Of a stretch of DNA of 64,000 nt, positions 8,801 to 19,917 are shown piece after piece. How positions within the stretch are numbered: the first letter of the stretch is position 1; every line of letters starts with the position of its first letter. The position numbers and the translations under genes are program-made. Source of the DNA: Chloroflexota bacterium (GTDB lineage Bacteria; Chloroflexota; Dehalococcoidia; UBA2979); contig JAQCIU010000018.1 of assembly GCA_027593235.1 (NCBI GenBank), forward strand, positions 1 to 64,000, in the 5' to 3' direction. The notes below the pieces were generated by a model. That model did no database searches and had not been told where the DNA came from. It saw only the letters and a list, made by a program, of their open reading frames with translations.

Positions 8801-9904
8801 ATGCGAGTTCGTATCAGTGCGGCCGTTGTCGTCGCCCTGGCTCTGTGCCTGACCCTCGCGCAGCCCGCGTCGGCTGACGACGGTCTGTTCGCGGCAGGTC
8901 TCTCGGGAGACCTACCAGATTCGGGCGTCGCGCTGCTGCTCTGGGATGGCGGCACTGTCATCGATCTAGGGAGCACCGAGCCCCGGGTCGCTTCGCTTTG
9001 GGTCTCCGAAGCCGGTTCCCTAGTCGGCTACCTGGTCGGGGCACCCGGCTTCGTCAACGCGGCCTTCCTTGCCGGATACCCCGGAGGGCAGGTACCCGGC
9101 CGCACACCTGTTTTAGTCACCGTCCGCGCGTCGGGCGGTCCAACCGCGCCTCCGTTGAATGGGAACCTCGCGGCGGTGGTTAGCGTCACCGACGGAGACA
9201 CACTGAACGCCCGTATCGGTGGTGTCGTCGAAGCGGTGCGCTTGATTGGCATCAACACGCCCGAGCAGGGCGAGTGTTTCGCCGCCGAGGCCACCGCGCG
9301 CCTGAGCCTGCTCGTTGCGGGAGGCGAGGTTCGCCTCGATCGCGACGGGTCAGACCGCGACCAGTTCGGTCGGCTGCTGCGGTATGTCTACGTCGGCGAC
9401 ACCCTCGTGAACGACGTCATGGTGCGCGAGGGCTACGCACTCGCCGTGCGGTACGAGCCGGATACGGCGATGGCCGCCCAGCTCGCATCGGCGCAGGCCG
9501 CAGCGGCGGCCGCCGGTCGCGGCCTCTGGGCATCAAACGCCTGTGGCAGTGCGGCGGCGGGAAGCATCGAAGTGGCCTTCATCCACTACGACGCGGCGGG
9601 TGACGACAACCAGAACAAGAACGATGAGTGGGTCGACCTTCAGAACACCGGTGGTGCGACACTCGACCTGACTGGGTGGAGCGTCAAGGACGAGTCTGCG
9701 TCCCACCGCTACTATTTCCCGGCGGGCTTCACGTTGGCGCCGAACGCGACGGTTCGCCTCTACACAGGCTGCGGGGCAGACAGTGCTGCGGCGCTGTATT
9801 GGTGCTTCGGTCAGTCCGCGATCTGGAACAACGGCGGCGACACCGTCTTCGTCATCGACCCGGCGGGAAATGTTTCCGTGTCCCAGACCTACGCCGGGAA
9901 CTGA
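8801..9904 (+). CDS. Secreted thermonuclease (SNase) with lamin-tail domain
   Basis: Signal peptide; VTDGDT, VRLIGINTPE, DQFGRLLRYV; LTD motifs NDEWVDL, DLTGW, WNNGGDT; RBS GGAGGAG. Confidence 0.9.
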   Translation: MRVRISAAVVVALALCLTLAQPASADDGLFAAGLSGDLPDSGVALLLWDGGTVIDLGSTEPRVASLWVSEAGSLVGYLVGAPGFVNAAFLAGYPGGQVPGRTPVLVTVRASGGPTAPPLNGNLAAVVSVTDGDTLNARIGGVVEAVRLIGINTPEQGECFAAEATARLSLLVAGGEVRLDRDGSDRDQFGRLLRYVYVGDTLVNDVMVREGYALAVRYEPDTAMAAQLASAQAAAAAAGRGLWASNACGSAAAGSIEVAFIHYDAAGDDNQNKNDEWVDLQNTGGATLDLTGWSVKDESASHRYYFPAGFTLAPNATVRLYTGCGADSAAALYWCFGQSAIWNNGGDTVFVIDPAGNVSVSQTYAGN

Positions 9905-9906
9905 CG

Positions 9907-10629
9907 ATGTATCTCTTCTACGCCGACGAGTCCGGGAGGAGCGACGGTAATAACGGCTACTTCGTGGTCGCGATGGTGGCGGTTCCCGTTGAGAATTGGC
10001 GGAACCTACAGAAGCAGACCGTCGCCGCTGCTGGGCCGATCCTCGCGAGTTCGGGCGACGCCAAACTGCACGCCACAGCTCTAAGAGCACTCGGGTTCCG
10101 CGAGTTGGAGGGAACCCCGCTTCCGCCAGATTACCTGGGCTACTCCAGCGTCCCCGGTTGGTTGCTTCAGTGGACGATCGACGGGTTGATGCAGGTCCTA
10201 TCGGCTGATCGAGTGATGATCCTCGCGAAGGCCTTCGACGCTGCCTCGCTCAAGTCCCGCTACGAAAGGCGTGCGCTGTCCCCCTATGTGGTCGGATAGG
10301 CGTTTGCTCGACAGGAGGCATCGGGTCAGCTCGAGGGTCTTGGCGACCTTGGTGCCTTTGTTTTCGAGCACCACCCCCTGTATTCGAGCCAGACCGAGAA
10401 GCTGATTCTCTGGGAATCGATACTTGCGGGACGTTCAGGGCGCGAGGAGTTTCCGGATCGGCTAATCGAAGGGCCCCTCTTCGCGCCGCCGGATGCCTTC
10501 CCAATGCTGTCGCTGGCGGACTTTGTGGCCAACGCGTATCTGTCCGAGGTGCGAGGCGGCGATCAGCTTGGCTGGTGGGCGCGGATTCTCGCTGAGTGCG
10601 ATGTTCGGAGGCCTGAAGTTTGGCCCTAG
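9907..10629 (+). pseudogene. DUF3800-family protein with an in-frame TAG at 10297-10299
   Basis: N-terminal YLFYADESG; the same frame continues after TAG to IEGPLF...MLSLADFVANA...WP*. Confidence 0.75.
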
Positions 10630-10646
10630 TTCACCCGCGCACGGAA

Positions 10647-10667
10647 ACGCCGCCAGGGCGGCGGCGT
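10647..10667 (-). terminator. Hairpin, probable terminator downstream of the tRNA-like 3' end
   Basis: acgccgcc-5nt-ggcggcgt, ending in a short TTT run on the minus strand. Confidence 0.5.
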
Positions 10668-10679
10668 GTTCAGCGGGTT

Positions 10680-10696
10680 ATGGCGACCCCGAGCGG
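10680..10696 (+). repeat. Left attachment-site core of element B
   Basis: atggcgaccccgagcgg, identical to 21485-21501. Confidence 0.85.
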
Positions 10697-10969
10697 ATTC
10701 GGAGTCGTCTGACACAAACGGCTGGCGAGACTTCGTTTATCCGGATTGAGGGCGTTCGGCAACTGCCGCAACTCCGCAACCGTGGCCTCTCGACCTCTTT
10801 CAATGCGATTGGTGTGCGGAGGCCCTGCAACCCGCGAATAGCGAGTGATTTGGGCTGTCCTGCGGTTTCTGGGGCGAAAGGCGCTCGAGGACATAGAAAG
10901 CCTGCATCTCGTTTTTCGAGAGAGGGTGTCCCACGCCAGTGAATGATTCTGAACCGGCGATCCCCACCC

Positions 10970-11112
10970 CCTATGAAGAGCGCGAGAGAGGGTGTCCAGA
11001 CGCCCACGAACAGGCCTTCGTCCTTCTGGTCAGCGACGAATCACAACCCCACCGAGAACACGAAAGATGGGAAGGCTGCGATCAGGATCGCGCCGATGAA
11101 GCGGTCTTCCGG
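10970..11112 (-). pseudogene. Remnant of a small membrane protein
   Basis: RFIGAILIAAFPSFVFSVGL*FVADQKDEGLFVGVWTPSLALF with an in-frame TGA at 11041-11043; no start codon. Confidence 0.4.
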
Positions 11113-11298
11113 TCAGGGCGCAATAGCCCCCGGTCGACCACGCGATCGCCGATCGGCCTCGCGGATGCAACCGGGCACCTGGTCGCTCTGGCACGCGACT
11201 TTCTGATGACCCACGTCGCACTCCGCGAGGAAAGCCTCGCGGAGCACGGCGCCTCTGCCGCGGACGAGTCGTAGCACCCTCGTCCGCCAGCGAGTCCT

Positions 11299-12663
<1,365 letters not shown>

Positions 12664-12840
12664 CTCTGACCTCCGAACTAGCGCTGCACGGAGCCGGTTG
12701 CTCAACATCTGCAGCGGGTATGAGGACAGCTTGACACATGTTTGCATCATTTTCTACATCCTGTGACTAACTTTTGACCACCCCGCTCTGAGGCGACCAA
12801 CAGCAGCGCTCAGCGACACCGAGCCAGACCGGATCAGGCG

Positions 12841-13173
12841 CTATCCGCGGCGTTCGTTCAGACGCTCATCCAGAAACGCCAGGGCGCGTTGCGGTGACCA
12901 CGGCCGAGGCGTGTCGCGCTGCCAGTAGCCCCAATGACCACCTGACGAGGGGTGCTCGAACTGCACCGCGTGCCCCAGCGGCGTGCGATACGGGGCGAAC
13001 GAATCTAGGCGGACGATCGGGTCGTCCGTAGCGGAGAGCACCAGCGAAGGCACCGTGAGCGCACCGAGCTTCGGGCCGGAGCTGGCAGCCTCGTAGTAGG
13101 TGTCGACATCGGGGTGGCCGGCATCCGGCACCGTGAACAGCTCGTCGAACCGGCGCACGCTGCGGAGCTGCAA
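12841..13173 (-). pseudogene. C-terminal fragment of a YheT-like alpha/beta hydrolase
   Basis: FDELFT...YYEAASS...ATDDPIV...GGHWG; the nucleophile-containing N-terminal half is absent. Confidence 0.7.
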
Positions 13174-13271
13174 CCAGCGCGCGGGCGGACCGCCTGGGTC
13201 AGACCTCTCGGTGTCGAAGACCTTCTTCGAGGTGGACTTCGGAGCTTAGGAGTTGCGCTGTTCCTCTGATC

Positions 13272-13790
13272 GTGGCCGCCCCGGGGGTTGTGAACTGGTA
13301 TCAGCGTCACCTGCTCGCTGGCATCAACTACGCCCGGGGGATGGAGTACTCACTCAGCGTCTCGATCATGCTGGTGCTGATCGCGATGCTGACTGGAATC
13401 ATCAACCTCTACGCACTGATCGGTCTCTTCGTTGTAAACGAGACGATGATTGGGTTGGGACGCTCATGGACCGGGTCAACCAGCACCGGGAGCAGGTCAT
13501 CTGGGCGCCCGTTCGTGCTCGGTTTCCTCGCGGGCGCGCTGCCTTGGATCACGATCGCCATCGCAGCCGCGGCGAACGAGGGCGACGGGGTGCCCGGCTT
13601 CGTCTACGGCATCTTCGTGTCGCTCTTCCAGCTCTTCAACTGCTTCGCGATCAATCAGCTCTTGCAGCATCGACACCGCGGCCGATTCGCGGACTACCTC
13701 TAAGGCGAGAAGGTCTACGTCGTGCTCAGTCTGGTCGCCAAGAGCGCGCTGGCGTGGCAGGTCTTCGGAGGCACGCTGGCCGACTCAGCC
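13272..13790 (+). pseudogene. Heliorhodopsin pseudogene (5' truncated, two compensating frameshifts, TAA)
   Basis: INYARGMEYSLS (RWxEYS-like), VPGFVYGIFVSLF..FNCFAINQ; after TAA 13701 GEKVYVVLSLVAKSALAWQVFGG carries the retinal-binding Lys; LMDRVNQ...IWAP lies in a shifted frame. Confidence 0.88.
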
Positions 13791-13933
13791 TTCTATTCTA
13801 GTGGTCTTAGAGCGATGCTCGTGACAGGCGTTCGCTGAGGGACCGCGGCGCCGGCGGCGCCGACGAGGCCCAGGCAACCGCCCGATAGACTCGGACGAGA
13901 AAACGCGAGAAGAGCTCAGGGCGGCTTCGACCA

Positions 13934-15406
13934 ATGACGAAGATCCTCGTTCTCGGTGCGAGTGGGTATATCGGCTCCCATCTGGTGCCCAGGCTGATCT
14001 CAGCTGGACACCAGGTACGAGCCGCGTCCCGGCACCCTGAGGTCCTGGAAGCGCGAGGGTGGCAGGGAGCAGAGGTCGTCGGCGCGGACGCGATGTCCAG
14101 AGAGTCGCTCGAAGTCGCTCTCGTCGGGATCGAAGTCGCCTACTATCTGGTGCACTCGATGGCCAGCGGGAGCGACTACGCTGAGCGCGACCGCCGAGCC
14201 GCTGCAGCCTTTCGCGACGCAGCGGCGAGAGCGGGCGTCCGTCGGATCATCTTCCTTGGCGGTCTTCAGCCGAAGGAGGGGGCGTCGGAGCATCTGCGAT
14301 CTCGGGCGGAGACCGGTGAGGTGCTTCGGACCGGAATCGTCCCCGTCACGGAGTTGCGGGCTGGCATCATCGTCGGCCCCGGATCCGCCGCCTTCGAGGT
14401 GATCCGCGACCTGGTCAACCACCTGCGAGTGATGGTGACGCCACGCTGGGTCCGGTCGCGCACACAGCCGATCGCCCTCGAAGACCTGCTGGCCTACCTC
14501 GAGGGGGTGCTCAGCGTCCCCGAAACCGCCGGCCAGACCTTTGATGTCGGCGGCCCGGAGACGCTGAGCTACCAGGACTTGATGACTGAGTACGCTCATG
14601 AGATGGGGCGCAGGATCCTCGTGATCCCGGTCCCGGTACTCTCACCCCGCCTCTCGTCCTACTGGCTCGACCTTGTCACCGCGGTGCCGGCAAGCGTCGC
14701 GCGCCCGCTGATCGAGGGTCTAAAGCTCGATCTGCTGGCGGACGACCGCGCGATTCGCGCGTTGCTTCCGATCCGACTGCATATGTACCGGGAGGCGGTG
14801 CGGCTGGCGGTGGATGCCGAGCAGCGGGCGAGCCTGAGCGGTCGATGGGCCGACGCAGCGCTTCCCTTTCCCGGCTTCGATGATTCAGCGTCGTACTTCA
14901 GCAAGCATGAGCGCACCGACGCGGTGGCACTCGTGCCCATCGCGGACCTGTGGACCGAGCTCGCCAAGATCGGCGGCGACAACGGGTGGTACGCCTACCC
15001 GTTCCTCTGGTGGCTGCGCGGAGTCCTCGACCGCTTGCTGGGAGGCCCGGGCACGCGACGTCGACGACGGCATGCAGCAGAGCTGCGGGTCGGCGACGCG
15101 GTCGATTTCTGGCGGGTCGTGCAGCTCGAGCCCGAGCGGCGACTCATCTTGCTCGCTGAGATGAAGATGCCGGGCAAGGCGGTTCTCGAGTTCCGCACCG
15201 AGCGACTCGACGACTCGCGGTCAAGGCTCGTCACCGAGGCGCGTTTCCATCCAGCGGGAACGATCGGACTGCTCTACTGGTATGCACTGGTTCCACTGCA
15301 CCCGAGGATCTTCTCAGGGCTCACATCGGCGATCGTGCACCGGGCCGAAGAGCGGGCCAGAGTTGCGTCGAGTGTCGGAGACCTCCGCTTGCCGTCCGAG
15401 GCTTAG
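13934..15406 (+). CDS. SDR/NAD(P)-binding oxidoreductase with DUF2867 (YbjT-like)
   Basis: GASGYIG Rossmann motif, YYLVHSM, C-terminal IGGDNGWY...DFWRV...AEMKMPG. Confidence 0.92.
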   Translation: MTKILVLGASGYIGSHLVPRLISAGHQVRAASRHPEVLEARGWQGAEVVGADAMSRESLEVALVGIEVAYYLVHSMASGSDYAERDRRAAAAFRDAAARAGVRRIIFLGGLQPKEGASEHLRSRAETGEVLRTGIVPVTELRAGIIVGPGSAAFEVIRDLVNHLRVMVTPRWVRSRTQPIALEDLLAYLEGVLSVPETAGQTFDVGGPETLSYQDLMTEYAHEMGRRILVIPVPVLSPRLSSYWLDLVTAVPASVARPLIEGLKLDLLADDRAIRALLPIRLHMYREAVRLAVDAEQRASLSGRWADAALPFPGFDDSASYFSKHERTDAVALVPIADLWTELAKIGGDNGWYAYPFLWWLRGVLDRLLGGPGTRRRRRHAAELRVGDAVDFWRVVQLEPERRLILLAEMKMPGKAVLEFRTERLDDSRSRLVTEARFHPAGTIGLLYWYALVPLHPRIFSGLTSAIVHRAEERARVASSVGDLRLPSEA

Positions 15407-15562
15407 TTCGACCCCTTCTGCAAGTCTCATCCCGCGGGAGCGCGTCGCTACCGCAACACCGGTGCTCTCCGGTGATGTGCGGAATCGCGGCGACTCTCCG
15501 AGCGGGGCGGCAAGCGACCGGCGATAGCCTCCTCACGAAGTCAATTCTCGGAGGAGGAGACC

Positions 15563-16036
15563 ATGTTCCGCTTCGGTATTGGGGCATTCGTATTCGCGAG
15601 TGGACTGCTGGCAACGGTGGCCTGCGGCGGCGCCGGTGACGATGGTGCCGCGAACGGCACAACGACACTCGAAGCCCCAGCTGCCACCGGTCAATCCGCG
15701 CCCGACGAGGTCGAGGTCGATTTCGTGCTGTCGGACTTCGCGATCGATGGTCCGGAGTCGGTGAGCGCCGGCCTCGTGCGATTCAATGTGGCGAACGAAG
15801 GCGCCGCCATCCACGAGCTCGTGATCGTACGGACGGACGCCGAGCCGGCCGCACTGCCCATTGAGGGTGGGGTCGTCGCCGAGACCGAGCTCGATGTGGT
15901 CGGAGAGATCGAGGAGTTCCCAGGCGGAGAAACGCGCTCGGCGACCTTCGAACTCAGCGCCGGTCGGTATCTCCTGATCTGCAACGTGCCGGGTCATTTT
16001 CTCCTCGGCATGGTGACCGAGTTCAGCGTCACCTGA
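15563..16036 (+). CDS. Cupredoxin (blue-copper) lipoprotein
   Basis: Lipobox-like TVAC; type-1 Cu ligands HELV and CNVPGH...GM. Confidence 0.88.
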   Translation: MFRFGIGAFVFASGLLATVACGGAGDDGAANGTTTLEAPAATGQSAPDEVEVDFVLSDFAIDGPESVSAGLVRFNVANEGAAIHELVIVRTDAEPAALPIEGGVVAETELDVVGEIEEFPGGETRSATFELSAGRYLLICNVPGHFLLGMVTEFSVT

Positions 16037-16161
16037 GGTAGCGCGACTGATGGTTGGGGGCGGGCGACCGTGGGCCGGCGTCCGTCCCCCCTTACCCTCC
16101 GAGCGTCTGCGGTGGGACAGAGAGGATGGGACAGTGCAGGCGTCCAGTTCCATCGTGTTGT

Positions 16162-16734
16162 TCAATCGCGATCTTCGACGTCACCGCCACCCATCAGCTC
16201 CTGGACGAGGAAGGGCTGCTTCGAGCCGTCGGCGGTGGTGTGTTCGCCGATGTCGTAGATCGCGACGATGTTCTGGTGGCTCAGTCGGCCCATCGCCTGC
16301 GCCTCGCGCATGATCCGCTCGCGGCCGACCTCGTCGAGGCCATCGGTCTTGATCAAGGAAAAGGCGACGTCGCGGTCGAGCAGGGCGTCGTGGGCGAGGA
16401 AGACACGCTTCTTGCCACCCTCGCCGAGGAAGCGTTGGACGTGGTATCGACCGCCGGCGAAGGATTCAGGCTCACTTGGGCTGGGCGCCGGGGTGTTCTC
16501 CGCCTCGGAGGATTCAGCGGGTAGGCCAGCCGAGGGTGGTTGCGTGTTGCCTGAGACCTCGGCGAGGGCCGGTCTCGCCATGTTCACGAACGCGTTCGCG
16601 TCCTCGTTCGCTTGATCGAAGCCGAGCACCGCGCTGGCTGTCTCGATGACAGCCTGCCAGTCACGCGTTGATGCAGCTGCCTCGGCTTGGTCGAGCAAGG
16701 CCTCGATCTGTCGCTGAACACGTTCGCTTGGCAT
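16162..16734 (-). pseudogene. Truncated Ser/Thr protein kinase (N-lobe only)
   Basis: LGEGGKKRVFLAHD, REAQAMGRLSHQNIV; stops just after ELMGGGDVE, with no HRD or DFG. Confidence 0.8.
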
Positions 16735-16869
16735 GGCAGGCGTGATGATACCGGGGGTGAGGCCCCGCAATGCGAGAAACAAGGGGTCCGGCTGGCAGAC
16801 CGGCGCGGTCACCGTGACATCCAATCTTCCGGAGTGGCCTAAGCCGATTCAATATCGGCCTTCCGGGTT

Positions 16870-17739
16870 CTAGACAGCTGCCTTCCCCACGAACTCCTTC
16901 AGTCGCGCTCGCCGGGCGCGTTGAGCATCCCGAATGGGGATCTTCGCAGTGCGGCACTCGAGGCAATAGTTTCGCCTTCCGACCGAGGGGCGTCGCGCCG
17001 GCGCGTATGCGCGGCCGCAGGACGAGCAGATCGCGAATGATCCCGCACCCGCAATCGACTGGAGCAGGCTGAGACCGATTCGTCCGAAGACGCCGGGGCT
17101 CCTCATCTGAATCAGTGGTCCAGCGTCGCCCCACGACAGCCGTGGTCGAGCGTGCCCGAGCGCTAGCCATCGCCCGACCACCGTCGCGACCGCCTCGCGC
17201 TGTTCTCTTGGCGCGGCAGACGCGAACTCAGAGAGTCCCAGCCATTCCCAGTGCTGCGCGCTCGTTGCTCCCCCCATCGTGAGGTCGGACGTGATCCTGA
17301 GCAGCGCCTCGGCACGCCTCGAATAGATCATCCACCGAGCAAGCGGTTCGAACGCGTACCGGTGACCGCCTTTCGTCCGAGACCCAAGCGGCGGGCAGCC
17401 TTGAAAGCCTCGCTTCCTCGTTGAGGTACGAACCGCGGTGTGCTGCCGAGGAGTTCCGTGCTCACAGAGCTCGAGAACTCCGTGCTTGAGGGCGAATTCC
17501 GGGATCGCCTCGAGCGTGCTCTGCGAATGAAGCCCTGCGAACGTCTCGAGGAGCCCGGGACCGACTGTCGCTAGCGGGCCATCGCTGTCAATCGGATACC
17601 GGTAGTGGAGATCTTCGCCGTCGATGGACGCGTCGTCCGGTGCCGGCACTGGATCTGGATTGAGTGGCTCCGGGAGGAACCCGCTCTCAGGACCCGCGAT
17701 CCCCGAGAGCTGCATTGCGAGGACGATATCGTTGGTCAT
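16870..17739 (-). CDS. Protein with C-terminal CGNR-like Zn finger (putative element regulator B)
   Basis: CSSCGRAY...NYCLECR plus basic tail; divergent from primase B. Confidence 0.72.
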   Translation of the reverse strand: MTNDIVLAMQLSGIAGPESGFLPEPLNPDPVPAPDDASIDGEDLHYRYPIDSDGPLATVGPGLLETFAGLHSQSTLEAIPEFALKHGVLELCEHGTPRQHTAVRTSTRKRGFQGCPPLGSRTKGGHRYAFEPLARWMIYSRRAEALLRITSDLTMGGATSAQHWEWLGLSEFASAAPREQREAVATVVGRWLALGHARPRLSWGDAGPLIQMRSPGVFGRIGLSLLQSIAGAGSFAICSSCGRAYAPARRPSVGRRNYCLECRTAKIPIRDAQRARRARLKEFVGKAAV

Positions 17740-17862
17740 ATTGAAATCATACTGTAATTCAAAACGGGATACCAGAAAGCGAGATGCTTGGGGTGATCGC
17801 CGCCGAGATGCGGGGCGACGGTCCAAGCACGAGCCGCATCAAAACGAAAGGATCAACAAACT

Positions 17863-19917
17863 ATGTTGGTCAGAATTGACCCCTTCGGGGACCGTGATGG
17901 GATGCGGATCGGCTCGGCAGGCGCACAGCCAGCAGATGCGGGCGCCAGCGATCGGAGTGAGGGAGCGACAGATGCCGGAGGTGGAGCAGGGGCGCTACCT
18001 GCCTCCGTCCCAAACGGCGCACCTGCGATTCGCAGAACCGAGGCACGTAGTCCCCGAGTTGGAGGATGCCCGCTGCGGGAACTGCTCCGCGAATACCGAA
18101 TCAGCGGCGAAGTTGCCAGAAAGGAGCAGCTTGAATCCTCTAAGAAAGGCGGCATCGAGCAGACGAAGATTCCCTACTTCGACGAGTATGGCTGTCGCCT
18201 GGGTGACCGGGTCCTGATCGACCTGAGTGAGCCCTCGCAAGGGCGCTGGACGGGCCAGTCACCGAACGTTCTCTACGGTCTCTCCCGATCTCGTGATGCG
18301 ATCCAAGCTGGTGTCGTGTTTCTGTTCGAGAGTGAAGCTGGGTGCTTGCGGTTCTGGTCGGAGGGATTCCCTGCGCTCGCGGTTCCGGGATCCGGTGCGT
18401 GGGAGATTGCGAGGAATTCCCCGGTTCTCGATGACGTTCAGATGATCTATGTCGTTGGTGACAGCGAAACCCTTGCGTCGGCAGCCGATTCGCTGGAAGG
18501 GGCGAGCTTCTTGGATCGTCTCGGCTTCCTGGTGCTCTCTGAGGAGGCGGATCTTCTCGGGCCAGAGATCACGGGGGTCGAGTTTCAGCAGCTGCTGGGC
18601 AACTGCATGGAGCGAGCCGTCAGCTGGAATGACTATCAGGAGAGTCGGTCCTCGGAGATCCGTGCGACTACCTCGAGTGAGTGCGAGGACCTGCTGCAGT
18701 CAACGTCAATCCTCGACGAATTCGTCGCGGACCTCTGGCAGTGTGGCGTTGTAGGAGAGGAGCGTGGTGGGAAGCTTCTCTACCTAGCCTTGGTCAGTCG
18801 ATTGACAGACCGGCCGGTCTCAGTCGTCGTGAAGGCAGCTTCTTCGTCCGGGAAGTCGTTCCTGGCGAAGAAGGTGCTCACATTCTTTCCTGAGGATGCC
18901 TTCCAGTGGCTCAGCGGAATGTCGGAACGGGCTCTCGCGTACTCCAAGGAACCCCTTCGCCACCGGTTCCTTGTGATCGCCGAGGCTGATGGGGCTCAAG
19001 GCGATTTTCAGGACTACTTGCTCCGTACGCTTCTTTCCGAAGGGAGGATTAGATACGAGACCGTCATGGATACGGGGAATGGTCTTGAGACGGTGATCAT
19101 CGAGCGGGAGGGGCCAACGGGGCTGCTCCTCACGACGACCAGAATCACACTGCACCCCGAGAATGAGACGAGGCTCTTTTCCCTGCCCGTAGACGAGTCG
19201 ATCGAGCAGACGCGGGACGTCGTTCGCGAGCTCGTGAGGGAGGATCGTCCTGAGGTCGACCTGTCCCGTTGGCATGCTTTACAGCATTGGCTGGGGGCTG
19301 GCTCGACCGCGGTGAGTGTGCCGTTCGGTCCCGCTCTTGCGGAAATGGTGGATGTGCGGGCGCTCCGAGTTCGCCGCGACTTCTCCGCGGTCATCAGTCT
19401 GATTCGCTCCAACGCCTTGCTGCATCAACAGCACCGCGAGGTGACCGCTGATGGGCAGGTCGTGGCCGACCTCGACGACTATGCGGTGGTCTACGAACTG
19501 GTGGCGGATCTCATGGCCGAAGGCATCGGAGCGACCGTCCCGCCCGGCGTTCGGCGTGTGGTGGACGCCGTGGATGAGCTCACGTCGGGGCCGCAGCATT
19601 ACGGGGATGACCCCGTTGCCGTGAGTAACAACGAGCTCAGTGAGCACCTGCAGTTGGACAAGTCCACCATCTCGCGACGAGTGGCTGAAGCGCTCCGCAG
19701 CGGATACTTGCACGACCTTGTCGATCGACGGCGGCGAGAGAAGCAGCTCGTCATCCACGATCCGATGCCTGGCGACACGTCGGTGCTCCCATCACCTGAG
19801 GAGTTGGGAGTTGCATGGTTGCAGTCGGTTGCACCCACCCGCCCGCGCCGGGTCGGTCCTAGGCGGCCAGCAGCGGCCGCGCCGGCAGCCGCTCCGATCG
19901 GCGACTACGTTGATTGA
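17863..19917 (+). CDS. Primase-related P-loop ATPase with C-terminal HTH (element B replication protein); start uncertain
   Basis: Degenerate TOPRIM-like segment, LLYLALVSR, ASSSGKS Walker A, HPENETR, HTH LSEHLQLDKSTISRRV. Confidence 0.75.
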   Translation: MLVRIDPFGDRDGMRIGSAGAQPADAGASDRSEGATDAGGGAGALPASVPNGAPAIRRTEARSPRVGGCPLRELLREYRISGEVARKEQLESSKKGGIEQTKIPYFDEYGCRLGDRVLIDLSEPSQGRWTGQSPNVLYGLSRSRDAIQAGVVFLFESEAGCLRFWSEGFPALAVPGSGAWEIARNSPVLDDVQMIYVVGDSETLASAADSLEGASFLDRLGFLVLSEEADLLGPEITGVEFQQLLGNCMERAVSWNDYQESRSSEIRATTSSECEDLLQSTSILDEFVADLWQCGVVGEERGGKLLYLALVSRLTDRPVSVVVKAASSSGKSFLAKKVLTFFPEDAFQWLSGMSERALAYSKEPLRHRFLVIAEADGAQGDFQDYLLRTLLSEGRIRYETVMDTGNGLETVIIEREGPTGLLLTTTRITLHPENETRLFSLPVDESIEQTRDVVRELVREDRPEVDLSRWHALQHWLGAGSTAVSVPFGPALAEMVDVRALRVRRDFSAVISLIRSNALLHQQHREVTADGQVVADLDDYAVVYELVADLMAEGIGATVPPGVRRVVDAVDELTSGPQHYGDDPVAVSNNELSEHLQLDKSTISRRVAEALRSGYLHDLVDRRRREKQLVIHDPMPGDTSVLPSPEELGVAWLQSVAPTRPRRVGPRRPAAAAPAAAPIGDYVD

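Noticed and set aside
10680-10760. Complete tRNA gene at either att junction
   Set aside because: Only about 21 nt of 3'-end similarity on the left; no D or anticodon arm; the right junction is HDOD coding sequence
10939-11274. Plus-strand 111-aa ORF
   Set aside because: No motif, and the minus strand carries a more protein-like membrane remnant
16114-16135. Short direct repeat tgggacag x2 near the kinase truncation
   Set aside because: Only 8 bp; too weak to call a recombination arm site
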